The position numbers and the translations under genes are program-made. Of a stretch of 64,000 nucleotides of DNA, positions 1 to 9,954 are shown piece after piece. Position 1 is the stretch's first letter; each line of letters begins with the position of its first letter. This DNA comes from Opitutales bacterium (GTDB lineage: Bacteria; Verrucomicrobiota; Verrucomicrobiia; Opitutales; JABSRG01). Location of the stretch: NCBI GenBank assembly GCA_013215165.1, contig JABSRG010000011.1, forward strand, positions 7,074 through 71,073, read 5' to 3'. Below the pieces are notes generated by a model. The model searched no databases, was not told where the DNA came from, and was given only the letters and a program-made list of their open reading frames with translations.

Positions 1-943
1 GATTGTCCTTACAGGAGCACTCGTTTCGATGGCGTGTGCGATTCCGGGTGTATTTTTACTTCTTGGCAAACAAAGCATGTTTGGCCACGGCGTCGTGCAC
101 GCCGTCTTGCCTGGACTCGTGATTGCATTCTTAATAACGCAGTCCCGCGATTTGGGGGCGGTATTGGTCGGCGCAACCATTGCTGCTATTCTGACAGGTG
201 TGTTCACACAAATGGTGCATCGATCGGGGCATGTTGAAGAAGGCGCATCCTTAGGTGTGGTCTTTACATCGATGTTCGCCCTGGGGCTGTTGCTAATACG
301 GGTCAGTGTGGATTCTGTGCATCTGGATCCGGACTGCGTTCTATTTGGGATTCTAGAGACGTCCGTAGTGGATGCAGTTTTGTTTAATGAAATCCCGCGC
401 GTCACCCTGCACGGTGCGACGATTTTATTGTTAAATCTAGTGCTCGTCTCCTTGTTTTTCAAAGAGCTGCGCATTGCTACCTTTGATCCGGCTTTGGCAA
501 GTGCCATGGGTCTGAGGCCCAAGCTTATCAATTATGGCATCATGATATCTACTGCGGTGACGGCAGTACTAGCGTTCGAGTCTGTCGGAAGTATCATTGT
601 CATTGCCATGATGATCGCTCCGGCGGCGACGGCCTTTTTGCTCACACGTAGCCTGCTCCCGATGCTGCTCGTATCTTTGACTACAGCCGCAGCGACAGCA
701 TTGTTTGGGCATCTGTTTGCGCTCCATGTCCCCGCAGTTGTCTTCAACGCGATCACCGATAGTAATCGTTTTGGTTCCACCAATGTGGCGGGAGGCATGT
801 CGGTGGTTGCTGGTCTTATTTTTCTACTGGCCCTTTTCTTTAGCCCGAACCGGGGGTTGGTTTTTCGCTCGTTTAAACGGCGTGCCTTAGCAGCGGAAGC
901 TGGGACTAAGATCGAGCCGGATTTTGGATCGCTAAAAGGCTAA
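1..943 (+). CDS. Metal (Mn/Zn/Fe) ABC transporter permease, ABC-3/TroCD-MntCD family; 5' end probably outside the window
   Basis: Multi-TM protein with HAVLPG, TFDPALASAMGL and ESVGSIIVIAMMIAPAATA motifs; the frame is open from base 2. Confidence 0.85.
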   Translation, partial: IVLTGALVSMACAIPGVFLLLGKQSMFGHGVVHAVLPGLVIAFLITQSRDLGAVLVGATIAAILTGVFTQMVHRSGHVEEGASLGVVFTSMFALGLLLIRVSVDSVHLDPDCVLFGILETSVVDAVLFNEIPRVTLHGATILLLNLVLVSLFFKELRIATFDPALASAMGLRPKLINYGIMISTAVTAVLAFESVGSIIVIAMMIAPAATAFLLTRSLLPMLLVSLTTAAATALFGHLFALHVPAVVFNAITDSNRFGSTNVAGGMSVVAGLIFLLALFFSPNRGLVFRSFKRRALAAEAGTKIEPDFGSLKG

Positions 944-1755
944 TCCACGTAGATGAGGAGGGCGGTCGTATTGTCCCGACCATTGGTGCGGACGGCTTCT
1001 TCTACGAGGATTTGCGCACGTGATGGTTCGGTCTCTCCGCGAAATTTGCGCACTTGTTCCTCCATGCGTCGATTCCAAAGCCCATCGACGAGGCCATCGG
1101 AGCAGATGAGGAAGGCGTCACCGGGTTCGTGTTTAACTGCGCCGATGTGGGGGTCGAGGAATTGATTTTTACCCCCTAAGGCTTGTTGGAGCATACTGCG
1201 ACGGGGGTGACTGCGTGCTTCACGTTCGTTGAGTTTCCCTTCGCGATAGAGCCAGCCTGCATGGGTATGATCCTGAGTAATCTGCTGAATCGATCCATCT
1301 GAGGGGATGTGGTAAATACGTGAATCCCCAATGTGCGCAAAATAGAGCCATTCGGGAGTGAGCCAACTCAGTGATAGGGCGGCGCCCATGCCTTCGCATT
1401 CTTCATAGCTTTTTCCCAGATCGACTATGTCTTGGTGAATGCCATCGCATAGCGTGGCGAGGACATCGGAAAAACCAGTGTTTAAGCCGGAAGCTGCGAG
1501 TTTGAATGAACTCGGCAGTAGCTTAATGATCCGATCGACAGTGATGCGGCTGGCAAACTCCCCAGAGCATGCACCCCCCATGCCGTCGCTCACTGCGAAA
1601 ATGAAATCATGCTCACCGACATGGCTGTGGCCTTCCTTGCCGAGGCGTTCGGCGCCTTCGGCGTTGATGCGTATTGCGATGAAGGCATCTTCGTTGTTTT
1701 TACGAAAACGGCCCACATCCGTCTGCGCGGACCATGAGATACTGGGTGCTGGCAT
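940..1755 (-). CDS. PP2C-family Ser/Thr protein phosphatase (PrpC/Stp-like)
   Basis: Motifs TDVGRFRKNNED, VSDGMGG, HIGDSRIY, LICSDGL, GRDNTT. Confidence 0.93.
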   Translation of the reverse strand: MPAPSISWSAQTDVGRFRKNNEDAFIAIRINAEGAERLGKEGHSHVGEHDFIFAVSDGMGGACSGEFASRITVDRIIKLLPSSFKLAASGLNTGFSDVLATLCDGIHQDIVDLGKSYEECEGMGAALSLSWLTPEWLYFAHIGDSRIYHIPSDGSIQQITQDHTHAGWLYREGKLNEREARSHPRRSMLQQALGGKNQFLDPHIGAVKHEPGDAFLICSDGLVDGLWNRRMEEQVRKFRGETEPSRAQILVEEAVRTNGRDNTTALLIYVD

Positions 1756-1758
1756 CGT

Positions 1759-2187
1759 CTAAAGATTGTCCAGGTTAGGATTACTTCGTATCTCCGGTGG
1801 TGGTGGGTAGCCGGGCTGGAGAATGGTAGAGAACTCAAAATCGATCACGCAAAAGCGCCCATCCTGAGGGCGGTAGGTAATATTGCGCAACTCGGCATCG
1901 TCGTGACGCACACCGAAGCCCTCAAGTTCTGCAAAGACTTCTTTAAGTTTTTGTTCACCCATGCGTTCGACCCGTTTGCCGCAGTTACTCGTTACCAGGT
2001 AGAGTTGCTCCGGCTCTGTAGCCATGATCTTCGGGACAAAATCGCAGCCTTTCCCCTCTAAAAACTCTAGGACTCGTATCTCATTCTCGAAGCGTTCTTC
2101 TGCCTGCGGGCCGCGGAAGTATTTATGGACGCGTCCATCGAAGCCGATACGGACGACGGAGCGGGCGGTGTTTTTGGTCTCTCGCAT
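1759..2187 (-). CDS. Small protein-kinase-like fold protein (minimal kinase)
   Basis: VHKY (beta3 Lys), FENE (alphaC Glu), RHDDAELRN (catalytic loop), VIDFE (Mg-binding loop); only 142 aa. Confidence 0.7.
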   Translation of the reverse strand: MRETKNTARSVVRIGFDGRVHKYFRGPQAEERFENEIRVLEFLEGKGCDFVPKIMATEPEQLYLVTSNCGKRVERMGEQKLKEVFAELEGFGVRHDDAELRNITYRPQDGRFCVIDFEFSTILQPGYPPPPEIRSNPNLDNL

Positions 2188-2242
2188 AGTGCTAAGTAGG
2201 GTTTAAATTCCTGAGACGAGATGGTGTGGCTATATTAAAGGG

Positions 2243-2259
2243 TTGGCATGAGCGTTGCT
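2243..2259 (+). promoter_or_regulatory. Sigma54 (-24/-12) promoter of glnII
   Basis: TTGGCATGAGCGTTGCT matches TGGCAC-N5-TTGC with exactly 10 nt between GG and GC, about 75 bp upstream of the glutamine synthetase start. Confidence 0.75.
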
Positions 2260-2331
2260 TGTTGGCTTACCCAACTTTGCTGGCTTCCAGCGTATACAAA
2301 AACCCAACTAAGACTGCAATTAGCAAACAAT

Positions 2332-3348
2332 ATGGCTAAACTAAGAGTAGAATACATCTGGCTCGACGGATACACTCCCGTTGCGGGCCTTCGTGGCAAA
2401 ACTAAGATCCTCGAGGGAGATCCTGATACGTTCTCTTTGGAAGATTGCCCCATGTGGGGTTTTGACGGCAGCTCGACTGAGCAAGCTGATGGCAGCAGCT
2501 CGGATTGTATGCTGAAGCCTGTGGCGCTTTTCCCAGACGCTGCGCGTACGAACGGTTTCATCGTCATGAGTGAGGTCCTCCTCCCCGATGGCGCACCACA
2601 CCCTTCAAACATGCGTGCTACCATCCCTGACGACGAGGGTATGTGGTTCGGTTTCGAGCAGGAATATTTCCTTTACCAAGATGGCAAGCCTCTGGGCTGG
2701 CCCGATGCCGGTTTCCCCGGACCTCAAGGACCTTACTACTGCGGTGTAGGCAATTCTAGCGTTGGCGATGTCGCGCGTCAGATTGTTGAAGAGCACCTAG
2801 ACCTTTGCCTCGAAGCAGGCATCAACCACGAAGGTATCAATGCTGAGGTGGCGAAAGGCCAATGGGAATTCCAAGTCTTCGGTAAGGGTTCAAAAAGTGC
2901 TGCTGACCAAATCTGGGTCGGTCGTTATCTGCTCCTCCGCACCTGTGAGAAATACGGTGTCGACGTGAACTTCCATTGTAAGCCGTTCATCGGCGACTGG
3001 AATGGCTCAGGGATGCACGCTAATTTCTCTACGGAGTATCTCCGTGAAACAGGCGGTAAGGAATATTTCGAAGCGCTCATGGCTGCTTTCGATAAGAATC
3101 GTGACGAGCACATTGCTGCTTATGGTCCCGACAATCACCTCCGTCTCACCGGTCTGCACGAGACCCAGTCTATCGACAAGTTCTCTTATGGAATTGCCGA
3201 CCGTGGTGCCTCGATTCGTGTGCCTCACAGCTTTGTTAACGCTGGTTATAAGGGCTACCTTGAAGACCGCCGTCCAAATTCAGAGGGTGATCCTTACGCG
3301 ATCGCATCTCGCATTGCTGCGACCATCGCAGAAGTTCCTACCGCTTAG
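2332..3348 (+). CDS. glnII: Glutamine synthetase type II
   Basis: EYIWLDG, WGFDGSST, GFEQEY, GINAEVAKGQWEFQ, DWNGSGMH, RLTGLHET, RGASIR, GYLEDRRP; ~338 aa GSII length; start MAKLRVEY at 2332. Confidence 0.95.
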   Translation: MAKLRVEYIWLDGYTPVAGLRGKTKILEGDPDTFSLEDCPMWGFDGSSTEQADGSSSDCMLKPVALFPDAARTNGFIVMSEVLLPDGAPHPSNMRATIPDDEGMWFGFEQEYFLYQDGKPLGWPDAGFPGPQGPYYCGVGNSSVGDVARQIVEEHLDLCLEAGINHEGINAEVAKGQWEFQVFGKGSKSAADQIWVGRYLLLRTCEKYGVDVNFHCKPFIGDWNGSGMHANFSTEYLRETGGKEYFEALMAAFDKNRDEHIAAYGPDNHLRLTGLHETQSIDKFSYGIADRGASIRVPHSFVNAGYKGYLEDRRPNSEGDPYAIASRIAATIAEVPTA

Positions 3349-3370
3349 GGCGGCTTAGACTGTTGATTTC

Positions 3371-3424
3371 AGCCGATACTGGACGAAGCGATTCAAACCA
3401 CTTTCGTTCGGTATCGGTTTTTTT
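3371..3424 (+). terminator. Rho-independent terminator after glnII
   Basis: AGCCGATACTGGACGAA...TTCGTTCGGTATCGGTT stem followed by a T run. Confidence 0.75.
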
Positions 3425-3433
3425 GTGGCTATT

Positions 3434-3805
3434 TTAGAGAGGCCTCAGTTGCTCTTCGACTGATCGGGTGACGGCGGTTGTTAGGTCGCCGGTATGCTGG
3501 GTGCTCTTTTTCTCGATTAAGAGGATGCTGCACTCTTCTTCAGCAATGGGATTATGCATGACTCCTTTTGGGATGACGCACATTTCGCCTGGTCCGAGTT
3601 CGACTACGCTGTCTCCGAATTGAATCTTAAGGTGGCCATCGAGGACGAGGAAGAGTTCGTCTTCATCGTCGTGTTTGTGCCATTCGAAGCTTTCTTTTAA
3701 CTTAGCAATTTTTGCGTAGGAGTCTTCGAGTTCGTCGAGAACGCGGGGCGACCAGTATTCTGTGAGCTTGGCTGCTTTTTCTTTTAGATTGATGGCTGTC
3801 TTCAT
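3434..3805 (-). CDS. Cupin domain protein
   Basis: FEWHKHDDEDELFLVLDG...PKGVMHNP cupin motifs; start MKTAINL overlaps the upstream stop (ATGA). Confidence 0.88.
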   Translation of the reverse strand: MKTAINLKEKAAKLTEYWSPRVLDELEDSYAKIAKLKESFEWHKHDDEDELFLVLDGHLKIQFGDSVVELGPGEMCVIPKGVMHNPIAEEECSILLIEKKSTQHTGDLTTAVTRSVEEQLRPL

Positions 3806-4296
3806 TCTTTCTGCATGAGAAAAATAAGGCTGATACCTTGAATGCCAAACATACGCCAGGCAGCATCTTGTCCGTTCCAAGTCGAGGCCCACATAAAGAA
3901 CCATTCGCCCCCCATGGTGATGAAGCCGAAGAACCAGAGCATCATGCCCAGACCTAAGCCAGCAACACTCCAAGGTTTGGCCTTATGAAATGTCTCTTCA
4001 TCAGCTTTGAGGTTTTTGACTAAAAAATATACCCCAATAAAGCACAGGATCGCAGTCGCACCTTCCCAGGCTATGATAAAGGCATAAGAGATAGCATGTA
4101 GTGTGGGCGAGGTGATGGCACGCCAGTCAACGCGTTCGGCGGTGCCTTCAAACTGTAGGGAGTCTATCGAAAGGACACGCTCCACAAACATGCGGTTCGA
4201 GGGGTAATCATCGATCGCGTTATTGAAAGTGACGATGAGAAAGAAGAGGCCGGTGGTGGCTACCAGAGCGATTTTTAGAAGGCGGGCTACGGTCAT
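3802..4296 (-). CDS. DUF2165-family small integral membrane protein
   Basis: FNN..DYPSN..FV..VLS.D, WRAITSP, IIAWE, GGEWFFMW.S.WNGQ.AA. Confidence 0.82.
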   Translation of the reverse strand: MTVARLLKIALVATTGLFFLIVTFNNAIDDYPSNRMFVERVLSIDSLQFEGTAERVDWRAITSPTLHAISYAFIIAWEGATAILCFIGVYFLVKNLKADEETFHKAKPWSVAGLGLGMMLWFFGFITMGGEWFFMWASTWNGQDAAWRMFGIQGISLIFLMQKE

Positions 4297-4391
4297 GATT
4301 TCTATAGATACTGAGATGTTTCTTTTTGTCAGCAAATGCTGTGCTCGGTTGGCCTCCGAATTCTTGGTGTGAGGATCTGCGGGTTGTAATT

Positions 4392-4440
4392 ATTGAAAGG
4401 AATGTCTCAACCTAATTATAAATTGAGATTGACTCGCATT
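4392..4440. promoter_or_regulatory. Two Fur-box-like sites upstream of the TonB-dependent receptor
   Basis: ATTGAAAGGAATGTCTCAA (4392-4410) and AATTGAGATTGACTCGCATT (4421-4440) resemble imperfect TGAGAATnATTCTCA iron boxes in an AT-rich spacer. Confidence 0.5.
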
Positions 4441-4475
4441 TGCGTAAAGAGAATAGGTCTCGTTTTTAATAACCC

Positions 4476-6620
4476 ATGACTGAATATAATAAACTCCGCA
4501 TTGCGGACTCTCGAATTGGCTGCTCGGCCATCAAAAAGGCGCTATCTGTCTTATGCTTCAGTGCTTCTGCAGTTAGCGCGCAATCTGATGAGGCAGATAC
4601 ACTGGATACTATGGTATCTATAGGCCAGTATCTCTATAGCGACCAGGTTAATGCGTTGCGTAGTCCGACGCCGATCATTGATGTGCCTCAAAGTCTATCG
4701 ATCCTAACTTCGGACCAAATCTCTCAAAGAGGGTTCACAAGCGTAGGTGAGATCATTGACTACACGCCAGGGGTGAACACTTCGCAGGGCGAGGGACATC
4801 GCGATGCTGTCGTGTTCCGCGGTGTGCGTTCGACAGCAGACTTCTTCATCGATGGGGTCCGTGACGATGTGCAGTATTACCGACCGCTTTACAATCTTGA
4901 GCAGGTGGAGATATTGCGTGGTCCCAATGCGCTTCTTTTTGGCCGTGGAGGTACGGGAGGTATTTTGAATCGAGTCACAAAGAAGGGTCTTCTTGGTGAG
5001 ACTTTTACTGGCTATGAGGCCCGTGTAGATTCCTTTGGTGAATTTGGAGTCCAACTCGATTTTAATACACCTATCGGGGAGAACGCTGCATTTCGGATAA
5101 ATGGACTCTACGAGGATTTGAACAATGATCGTGATTTCTATGAGGGTGAGCGCATCGGTCTGAATCCCACCGTTAAAGTAGCTTTTACGGAGGACACCGT
5201 TCTCGATGTTTCCTATGAATACGTGGATCACGAGCGATTCATTGACCGCGGTATTCCTACAGGAGCTAATGGTCGTCCCGTAGAGGCCTTCCGCGATACG
5301 GTGTTTGCAGATCCTGAGCTGAACATCACTGAATTGGAGGCGCACCTTTTGCGCGCAAACTTGCAGCACGCTTTTACAGATAATCTAAAGGGTAATTTCA
5401 GCGCTTTTTATGGCGACTACGACAAGCTCTACCAAAACTTCTACGCCTCAGGTTACGACCAGGCCACGAACATCGTGACGCTCGATGGCTATGTCGATAC
5501 CACTCAACGTGAGAGCTTCGTGTTGTCGTCTAACCTCATTGGTGAGTTTCTATCCGGCAGCATTGGACACACGATTGTCGCCGGCGTGGAGTATATCGAC
5601 ACGGCTAATGACAACGATCGCTTCAATAGCTTCTTTGACCAGACGCAGGATGACAATGAACGCTTCCTGGCGACCCGTCCAATTGGGCTTGTAAATGGAG
5701 TCGGTGTAAACGCTGACGGTGCAACGACTACCGATGATTTTACTGTCGATCCTAACGATGACACTGAGGCCGACGTGACTGTCTTTTCTGCATATATTCA
5801 GGATGAAATCGAGATTTCGGAACACTTCGATCTTATCCTGGGTGCTCGTTTCGACAGCTTTGAGATTGATGTGCTCAATGTCCTAACTGGTGAGCGTCGC
5901 AGTCGGACCGATGAGGAGGTATCTCCACGATTTGGCTTCGTCTACAAGCCCCAGGAAAATGTGTCTATCTACGCGAGTTACAGTGAGTCATTTATTCCGC
6001 GCAGTGGGGAGCAATATGCCAACATCAACGGCGACAATAACCAGCTCGATCCCAACACGTTCACCAACCTAGAGGCCGGTGTGAAGTGGGACTTCCGCGA
6101 GAGTATGAGCCTTACCCTGTCCGTCTTCGAGATCGAGCAAAGCTCGCCTCAGGTTTCCGACAATGATCCGTCGACTCTCGATGTTATCGATTCTGATATC
6201 ACTGGTTTTGAGGCTCAATTGCAGGGCGAAATAGCAGATAACTGGTTCATCTCTGCGGGTTACAGTTATCTCGACGGTGAGCAGGTGGATCGCAGTGGAC
6301 CTACGGGTCTACGTCCCCGTGAGCTTCCTGAGCATATGTTCTCTGTTTGGAACACGTATCACTTTACAGAGAAATTTGGGATTGGCCTGGGGCTGGTCTA
6401 TCAGGACGAAAGTTTTGTCAATAACAGCAACACAGCCATTTTGCCTGACTACACCCGTATTGATGCTGCTCTTTATTATCGGGTCTCTGAGACATTGCGT
6501 GTGCAGCTCAATGTAGAAAATCTGACTGATGAGCTCTATTTTCCAAACGCTCACAGCACGCACCAGGTGACTGTCGGTGCTCCGATCAACGCGCGTCTAG
6601 CTGTGATCGGTCGCTTCTAA
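4476..6620 (+). CDS. TonB-dependent siderophore receptor
   Basis: Signal peptide, DVPQS plug, EQVEILRGPNALLFGRGGTGG, NVENLTDELY, C-terminal Phe. Confidence 0.93.
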   Translation: MTEYNKLRIADSRIGCSAIKKALSVLCFSASAVSAQSDEADTLDTMVSIGQYLYSDQVNALRSPTPIIDVPQSLSILTSDQISQRGFTSVGEIIDYTPGVNTSQGEGHRDAVVFRGVRSTADFFIDGVRDDVQYYRPLYNLEQVEILRGPNALLFGRGGTGGILNRVTKKGLLGETFTGYEARVDSFGEFGVQLDFNTPIGENAAFRINGLYEDLNNDRDFYEGERIGLNPTVKVAFTEDTVLDVSYEYVDHERFIDRGIPTGANGRPVEAFRDTVFADPELNITELEAHLLRANLQHAFTDNLKGNFSAFYGDYDKLYQNFYASGYDQATNIVTLDGYVDTTQRESFVLSSNLIGEFLSGSIGHTIVAGVEYIDTANDNDRFNSFFDQTQDDNERFLATRPIGLVNGVGVNADGATTTDDFTVDPNDDTEADVTVFSAYIQDEIEISEHFDLILGARFDSFEIDVLNVLTGERRSRTDEEVSPRFGFVYKPQENVSIYASYSESFIPRSGEQYANINGDNNQLDPNTFTNLEAGVKWDFRESMSLTLSVFEIEQSSPQVSDNDPSTLDVIDSDITGFEAQLQGEIADNWFISAGYSYLDGEQVDRSGPTGLRPRELPEHMFSVWNTYHFTEKFGIGLGLVYQDESFVNNSNTAILPDYTRIDAALYYRVSETLRVQLNVENLTDELYFPNAHSTHQVTVGAPINARLAVIGRF

Positions 6621-6634
6621 GGCCGAGCATGCCC

Positions 6635-7723
6635 TTATCCGCTCCGAAATACTGTCGGAGCGGACCCGGTGCTGGCAGTAAATGCCTGTGTGAATCGGGA
6701 TTGGCTGGAGTACCCGCAGCGTTCTGCGATTTCTACGATGCGGAGGTCAGTTTCAACGAGAAGCCCCTTCGCTTGTTTGATCCGTAAGGCATTCCATTCG
6801 CGATTAGGACTTTGCCGGTCTGCCTGTTTGAACTTCAGCTCCATGGTGCGGCGGGACATGCCATGCATGCGGGCGACGTCTTCGAGCGATGCATTGGCTG
6901 CGAGATGCGCGTTCATCCAAGCGATAATACGCCCAATGGTATCCGGTTCTCCTGTTCGAACAGCCAAACTTTCACGGACTTGAAGGGGGCCAGGGGCAAG
7001 CAGTTGACTTTCCTTTCGGCAATGCAGGATGCCTTCGACGACTGCTTTCCCAATCTCTGCATAAGGAATTGGAAAACTGGCTATGCCAACTCCCGCTAGC
7101 ATAGATGCCTCAGGTTCATCGCCGAGTCCGATTACCTTGAGGTCTTCCCCGAGTGTGCGTCCCAGATCTCGCGCTAATTCGCATACAATGCGGGCAGCTC
7201 TGTCTGAAAGGGTTATGATTCCAGATTTTGGAACCAGCTTGGCGATCGTCTCACGCAGTCTTTCTCTTGTGAGCAGAGGAATGGTATCAAAGGGGATGTC
7301 CGTCGCTGCGCGTGCTTCGGCTAAGAGGCGTCGACTGCGTGCTTGTGTTTCCGGCGCAATCAAAAATCCATGGAGGGCGCCATGCTCGGCGAGTGCCTGG
7401 GCGGCGGCAGCTCCGATTTTCTCATAATCCACTCCAATTGAAGGTGTTTCATTCAGGCCTGACCACTGGGCCAGGTCGATCCATTGGGCGACGCGATTGC
7501 GATGGGGGGCGATCCATTCTTCGCCGATGAGGCTGCCGGCGTAGGCGTCGATCTGGTCGAGTAATTGGGGGTGTTGGACGATCGATTCTTGCGGTAGGCT
7601 GAGGGGTAAGATCTGGAGAGGTGTGCCTAGCCTTCGGTTTGCCTGTTGCAGTCCAGAGAAGAACGCAATTTGACCACTGGGCGGGTATTCGGCCTGAATG
7701 GCGACTTTCATTGCGCAAATCAT
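6635..7723 (-). CDS. XylR-type regulator (periplasmic-binding-protein-like sensor plus AraC HTH)
   Basis: C-terminal LEDVA..HGMSRRTME and IVEIAERCGYSSQSRF; N-terminal LacI-like ligand domain; start may be 7711. Confidence 0.85.
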   Translation of the reverse strand: MICAMKVAIQAEYPPSGQIAFFSGLQQANRRLGTPLQILPLSLPQESIVQHPQLLDQIDAYAGSLIGEEWIAPHRNRVAQWIDLAQWSGLNETPSIGVDYEKIGAAAAQALAEHGALHGFLIAPETQARSRRLLAEARAATDIPFDTIPLLTRERLRETIAKLVPKSGIITLSDRAARIVCELARDLGRTLGEDLKVIGLGDEPEASMLAGVGIASFPIPYAEIGKAVVEGILHCRKESQLLAPGPLQVRESLAVRTGEPDTIGRIIAWMNAHLAANASLEDVARMHGMSRRTMELKFKQADRQSPNREWNALRIKQAKGLLVETDLRIVEIAERCGYSSQSRFTQAFTASTGSAPTVFRSG

Positions 7724-7843
7724 AAACTATTTTTCGTTTATGCGTAAAGACAGCGTTCGAATTTTAGGCTATGCTCAGGTGTATCGTGGAGTTTGCCGAT
7801 GTCTGTAGGCGCTTCCAGTAATTGAGAAAACAGGACTAGACTT

Positions 7844-8863
7844 ATGAAGAAAGCGCTGATCACCGGAATCACCGGGCAGGATGGATCTTACCTCGCAGAG
7901 TTGTTATTAGAGAAAGGCTACGAGGTGCACGGTATCATTCGTCGGGCTTCGACTTTTAATACCTCTCGGATTGAGCATCTCTACAATGACCCGCATGTGC
8001 ATGGCACAAAACTGTTCCTGCACTATGGCGATCTGGCGGACTCGGTGCAGATGGTGAAGTTGCTCTACGATCTAGAACCTGATGAGATTTATAATTTAGG
8101 GGCCCAGTCTCACGTTCGTGTTTCTTTTGATATCCCCGAATATACGGGCGACGTTTCTGGCTTGTCGACGGTGCGTATATTGGAGGCGATCCGTGAAGCC
8201 GGACTTGTTGAGAAGTGTCGTTTCTACCAGGCATCGTCTTCCGAGATGTTTGGGAAAGTTCAGGAAGTGCCACAAACTGAAACAACACCCTTCTGGCCCC
8301 GCTCACCCTATGCTTGTGCGAAAGTCTATGCCTACTGGCTCACAGTGAATTTTCGTGAGTCTTACGACTTGCATGCCTCAAATGGTATCTTGTTTAACCA
8401 CGAGTCTCCGCGCCGTGGTGAGACCTTTGTGACGCGGAAGATTACGCGTGCGGCGACGCGTATAAAGATGGGGCTTCAGGACAAGCTGTTTCTCGGCAAT
8501 CTAGATGCAAAGCGTGACTGGGGGTATGCGAAGGAGTATGTCGAAGTGATGTGGATGATGCTCCAACAGGATAAGCCGGATGACTATGTATGTGCGACGA
8601 ATGAGACGCACTCTGTTAAGGAATTCGTCCAAGAGACCTTTGCTCTGCTCGATCTCGATTGGGAAAAATATGTCGACTACGACAAGCGCTATGACCGTCC
8701 GGCTGAAGTGGACTTGTTGATCGGCGATCCGGCTAAGCTGAAGAAGCAGCTTGATTGGGAGCCCAAGGTGAAGTTCAAAGAGTTGGTCAAAATCATGGTT
8801 GAAGCCGATATGCAAATCGCTCGTCAGGAGCTTGCGTTGCAAGAGGCTCAAGCGGGTTTGTAG
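7844..8863 (+). CDS. gmd: GDP-mannose 4,6-dehydratase
   Basis: [45 protein letters not shown]. Confidence 0.97.
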   Translation: MKKALITGITGQDGSYLAELLLEKGYEVHGIIRRASTFNTSRIEHLYNDPHVHGTKLFLHYGDLADSVQMVKLLYDLEPDEIYNLGAQSHVRVSFDIPEYTGDVSGLSTVRILEAIREAGLVEKCRFYQASSSEMFGKVQEVPQTETTPFWPRSPYACAKVYAYWLTVNFRESYDLHASNGILFNHESPRRGETFVTRKITRAATRIKMGLQDKLFLGNLDAKRDWGYAKEYVEVMWMMLQQDKPDDYVCATNETHSVKEFVQETFALLDLDWEKYVDYDKRYDRPAEVDLLIGDPAKLKKQLDWEPKVKFKELVKIMVEADMQIARQELALQEAQAGL

Positions 8864-8878
8864 GACTTATTTGCTTCG

Positions 8879-9829
8879 ATGGATTCTGGAACAAAAATCT
8901 ACGTCTCGGGCCACTGTGGCATGGTAGGCGGTGCGATTTGTCGCTCATTACAGCGTCAAGGCATGGGCGAGGTGGTCACGCGCACGCGGCAAGAGTTGGA
9001 CTTGTTGAGCGCCCAGGCGGTTGACGCCTTCATCGCGGAAGAAAAGCCCGAAGTGGTTGTGATCGCGGCGGCGCGTGTGGGGGGGATTCATGCCAATAAT
9101 ACTTACCCGGCTGAGTTCCTACACGAGAATCTTGCCATCGCGCACCACCTGATTCACAGCAGTTATGTGCATGGGGTAGAGCGCCTTCTGTTTTTGGGAA
9201 GTTCCTGTATTTATCCTAAGTTGGCACCTCAACCGATGTCGGAGGATGCTTTGCTGACTGGGCCTTTGGAATCTACAAACGAGGCCTACGCGATCGCAAA
9301 GATTACAGGCCTAAAGCTGTGTGAGTTTTACCGGAAGCAATATGGAGTGACTTATCACTCTGCGATGCCCACGAACCTTTATGGCCCGGGTGATAATTAT
9401 CACCCAGAAAACAGCCATGTCCTGCCTGCATTGATTCGCCGTTTCTATGAAGCGGCTCAACAAAACGCTGAGGAAGTGGTGCTCTGGGGAACGGGGACCC
9501 CACTCCGCGAGTTTCTGCATGCGGACGACTGCGCAGATGCGATGGTTTATCTGCTCCAGCTCGAAGATCCACCAGACCTGGTCAATGTGGGGAGTGGCGT
9601 CGAAATTACTATTCGTGATCTGGCTGAGCTCGTTGCCGACGTCGTGGGCTACAAGGGTAAGCTCATTCAGGATATTTCGAAGCCTGATGGCACGCCGCGC
9701 AAGCTCATGGATAACCGCCTTATCAATGACTTGGGTTGGTCGCCCAGCTACGATTTGCGATCGGGTATCGAGCACGCTTTTGAGGATTTTAAGCGGCTGA
9801 GTGTGAGTGGTTCATTTCGGGAGCGGTAG
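8879..9829 (+). CDS. fcl: GDP-L-fucose synthase
   Basis: [43 protein letters not shown]. Confidence 0.96.
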   Translation: MDSGTKIYVSGHCGMVGGAICRSLQRQGMGEVVTRTRQELDLLSAQAVDAFIAEEKPEVVVIAAARVGGIHANNTYPAEFLHENLAIAHHLIHSSYVHGVERLLFLGSSCIYPKLAPQPMSEDALLTGPLESTNEAYAIAKITGLKLCEFYRKQYGVTYHSAMPTNLYGPGDNYHPENSHVLPALIRRFYEAAQQNAEEVVLWGTGTPLREFLHADDCADAMVYLLQLEDPPDLVNVGSGVEITIRDLAELVADVVGYKGKLIQDISKPDGTPRKLMDNRLINDLGWSPSYDLRSGIEHAFEDFKRLSVSGSFRER

Positions 9830-9954
9830 GGCCTTTAGTTCACCGGCCAGTGTTTAATATTTGAGATCTTTTGGTTCAGGTGGTGGAAAATACTTTCCAA
9901 GACGTAGGTTCTATCTAGCTTCCTCTGGCAAAGTAAAATCTCCCAAAACCGACC

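Noticed and set aside
7844-9829. gmd-fcl as part of a polysaccharide island
   Set aside because: No glycosyltransferases or flippases nearby; an ordinary isolated GDP-fucose pair.
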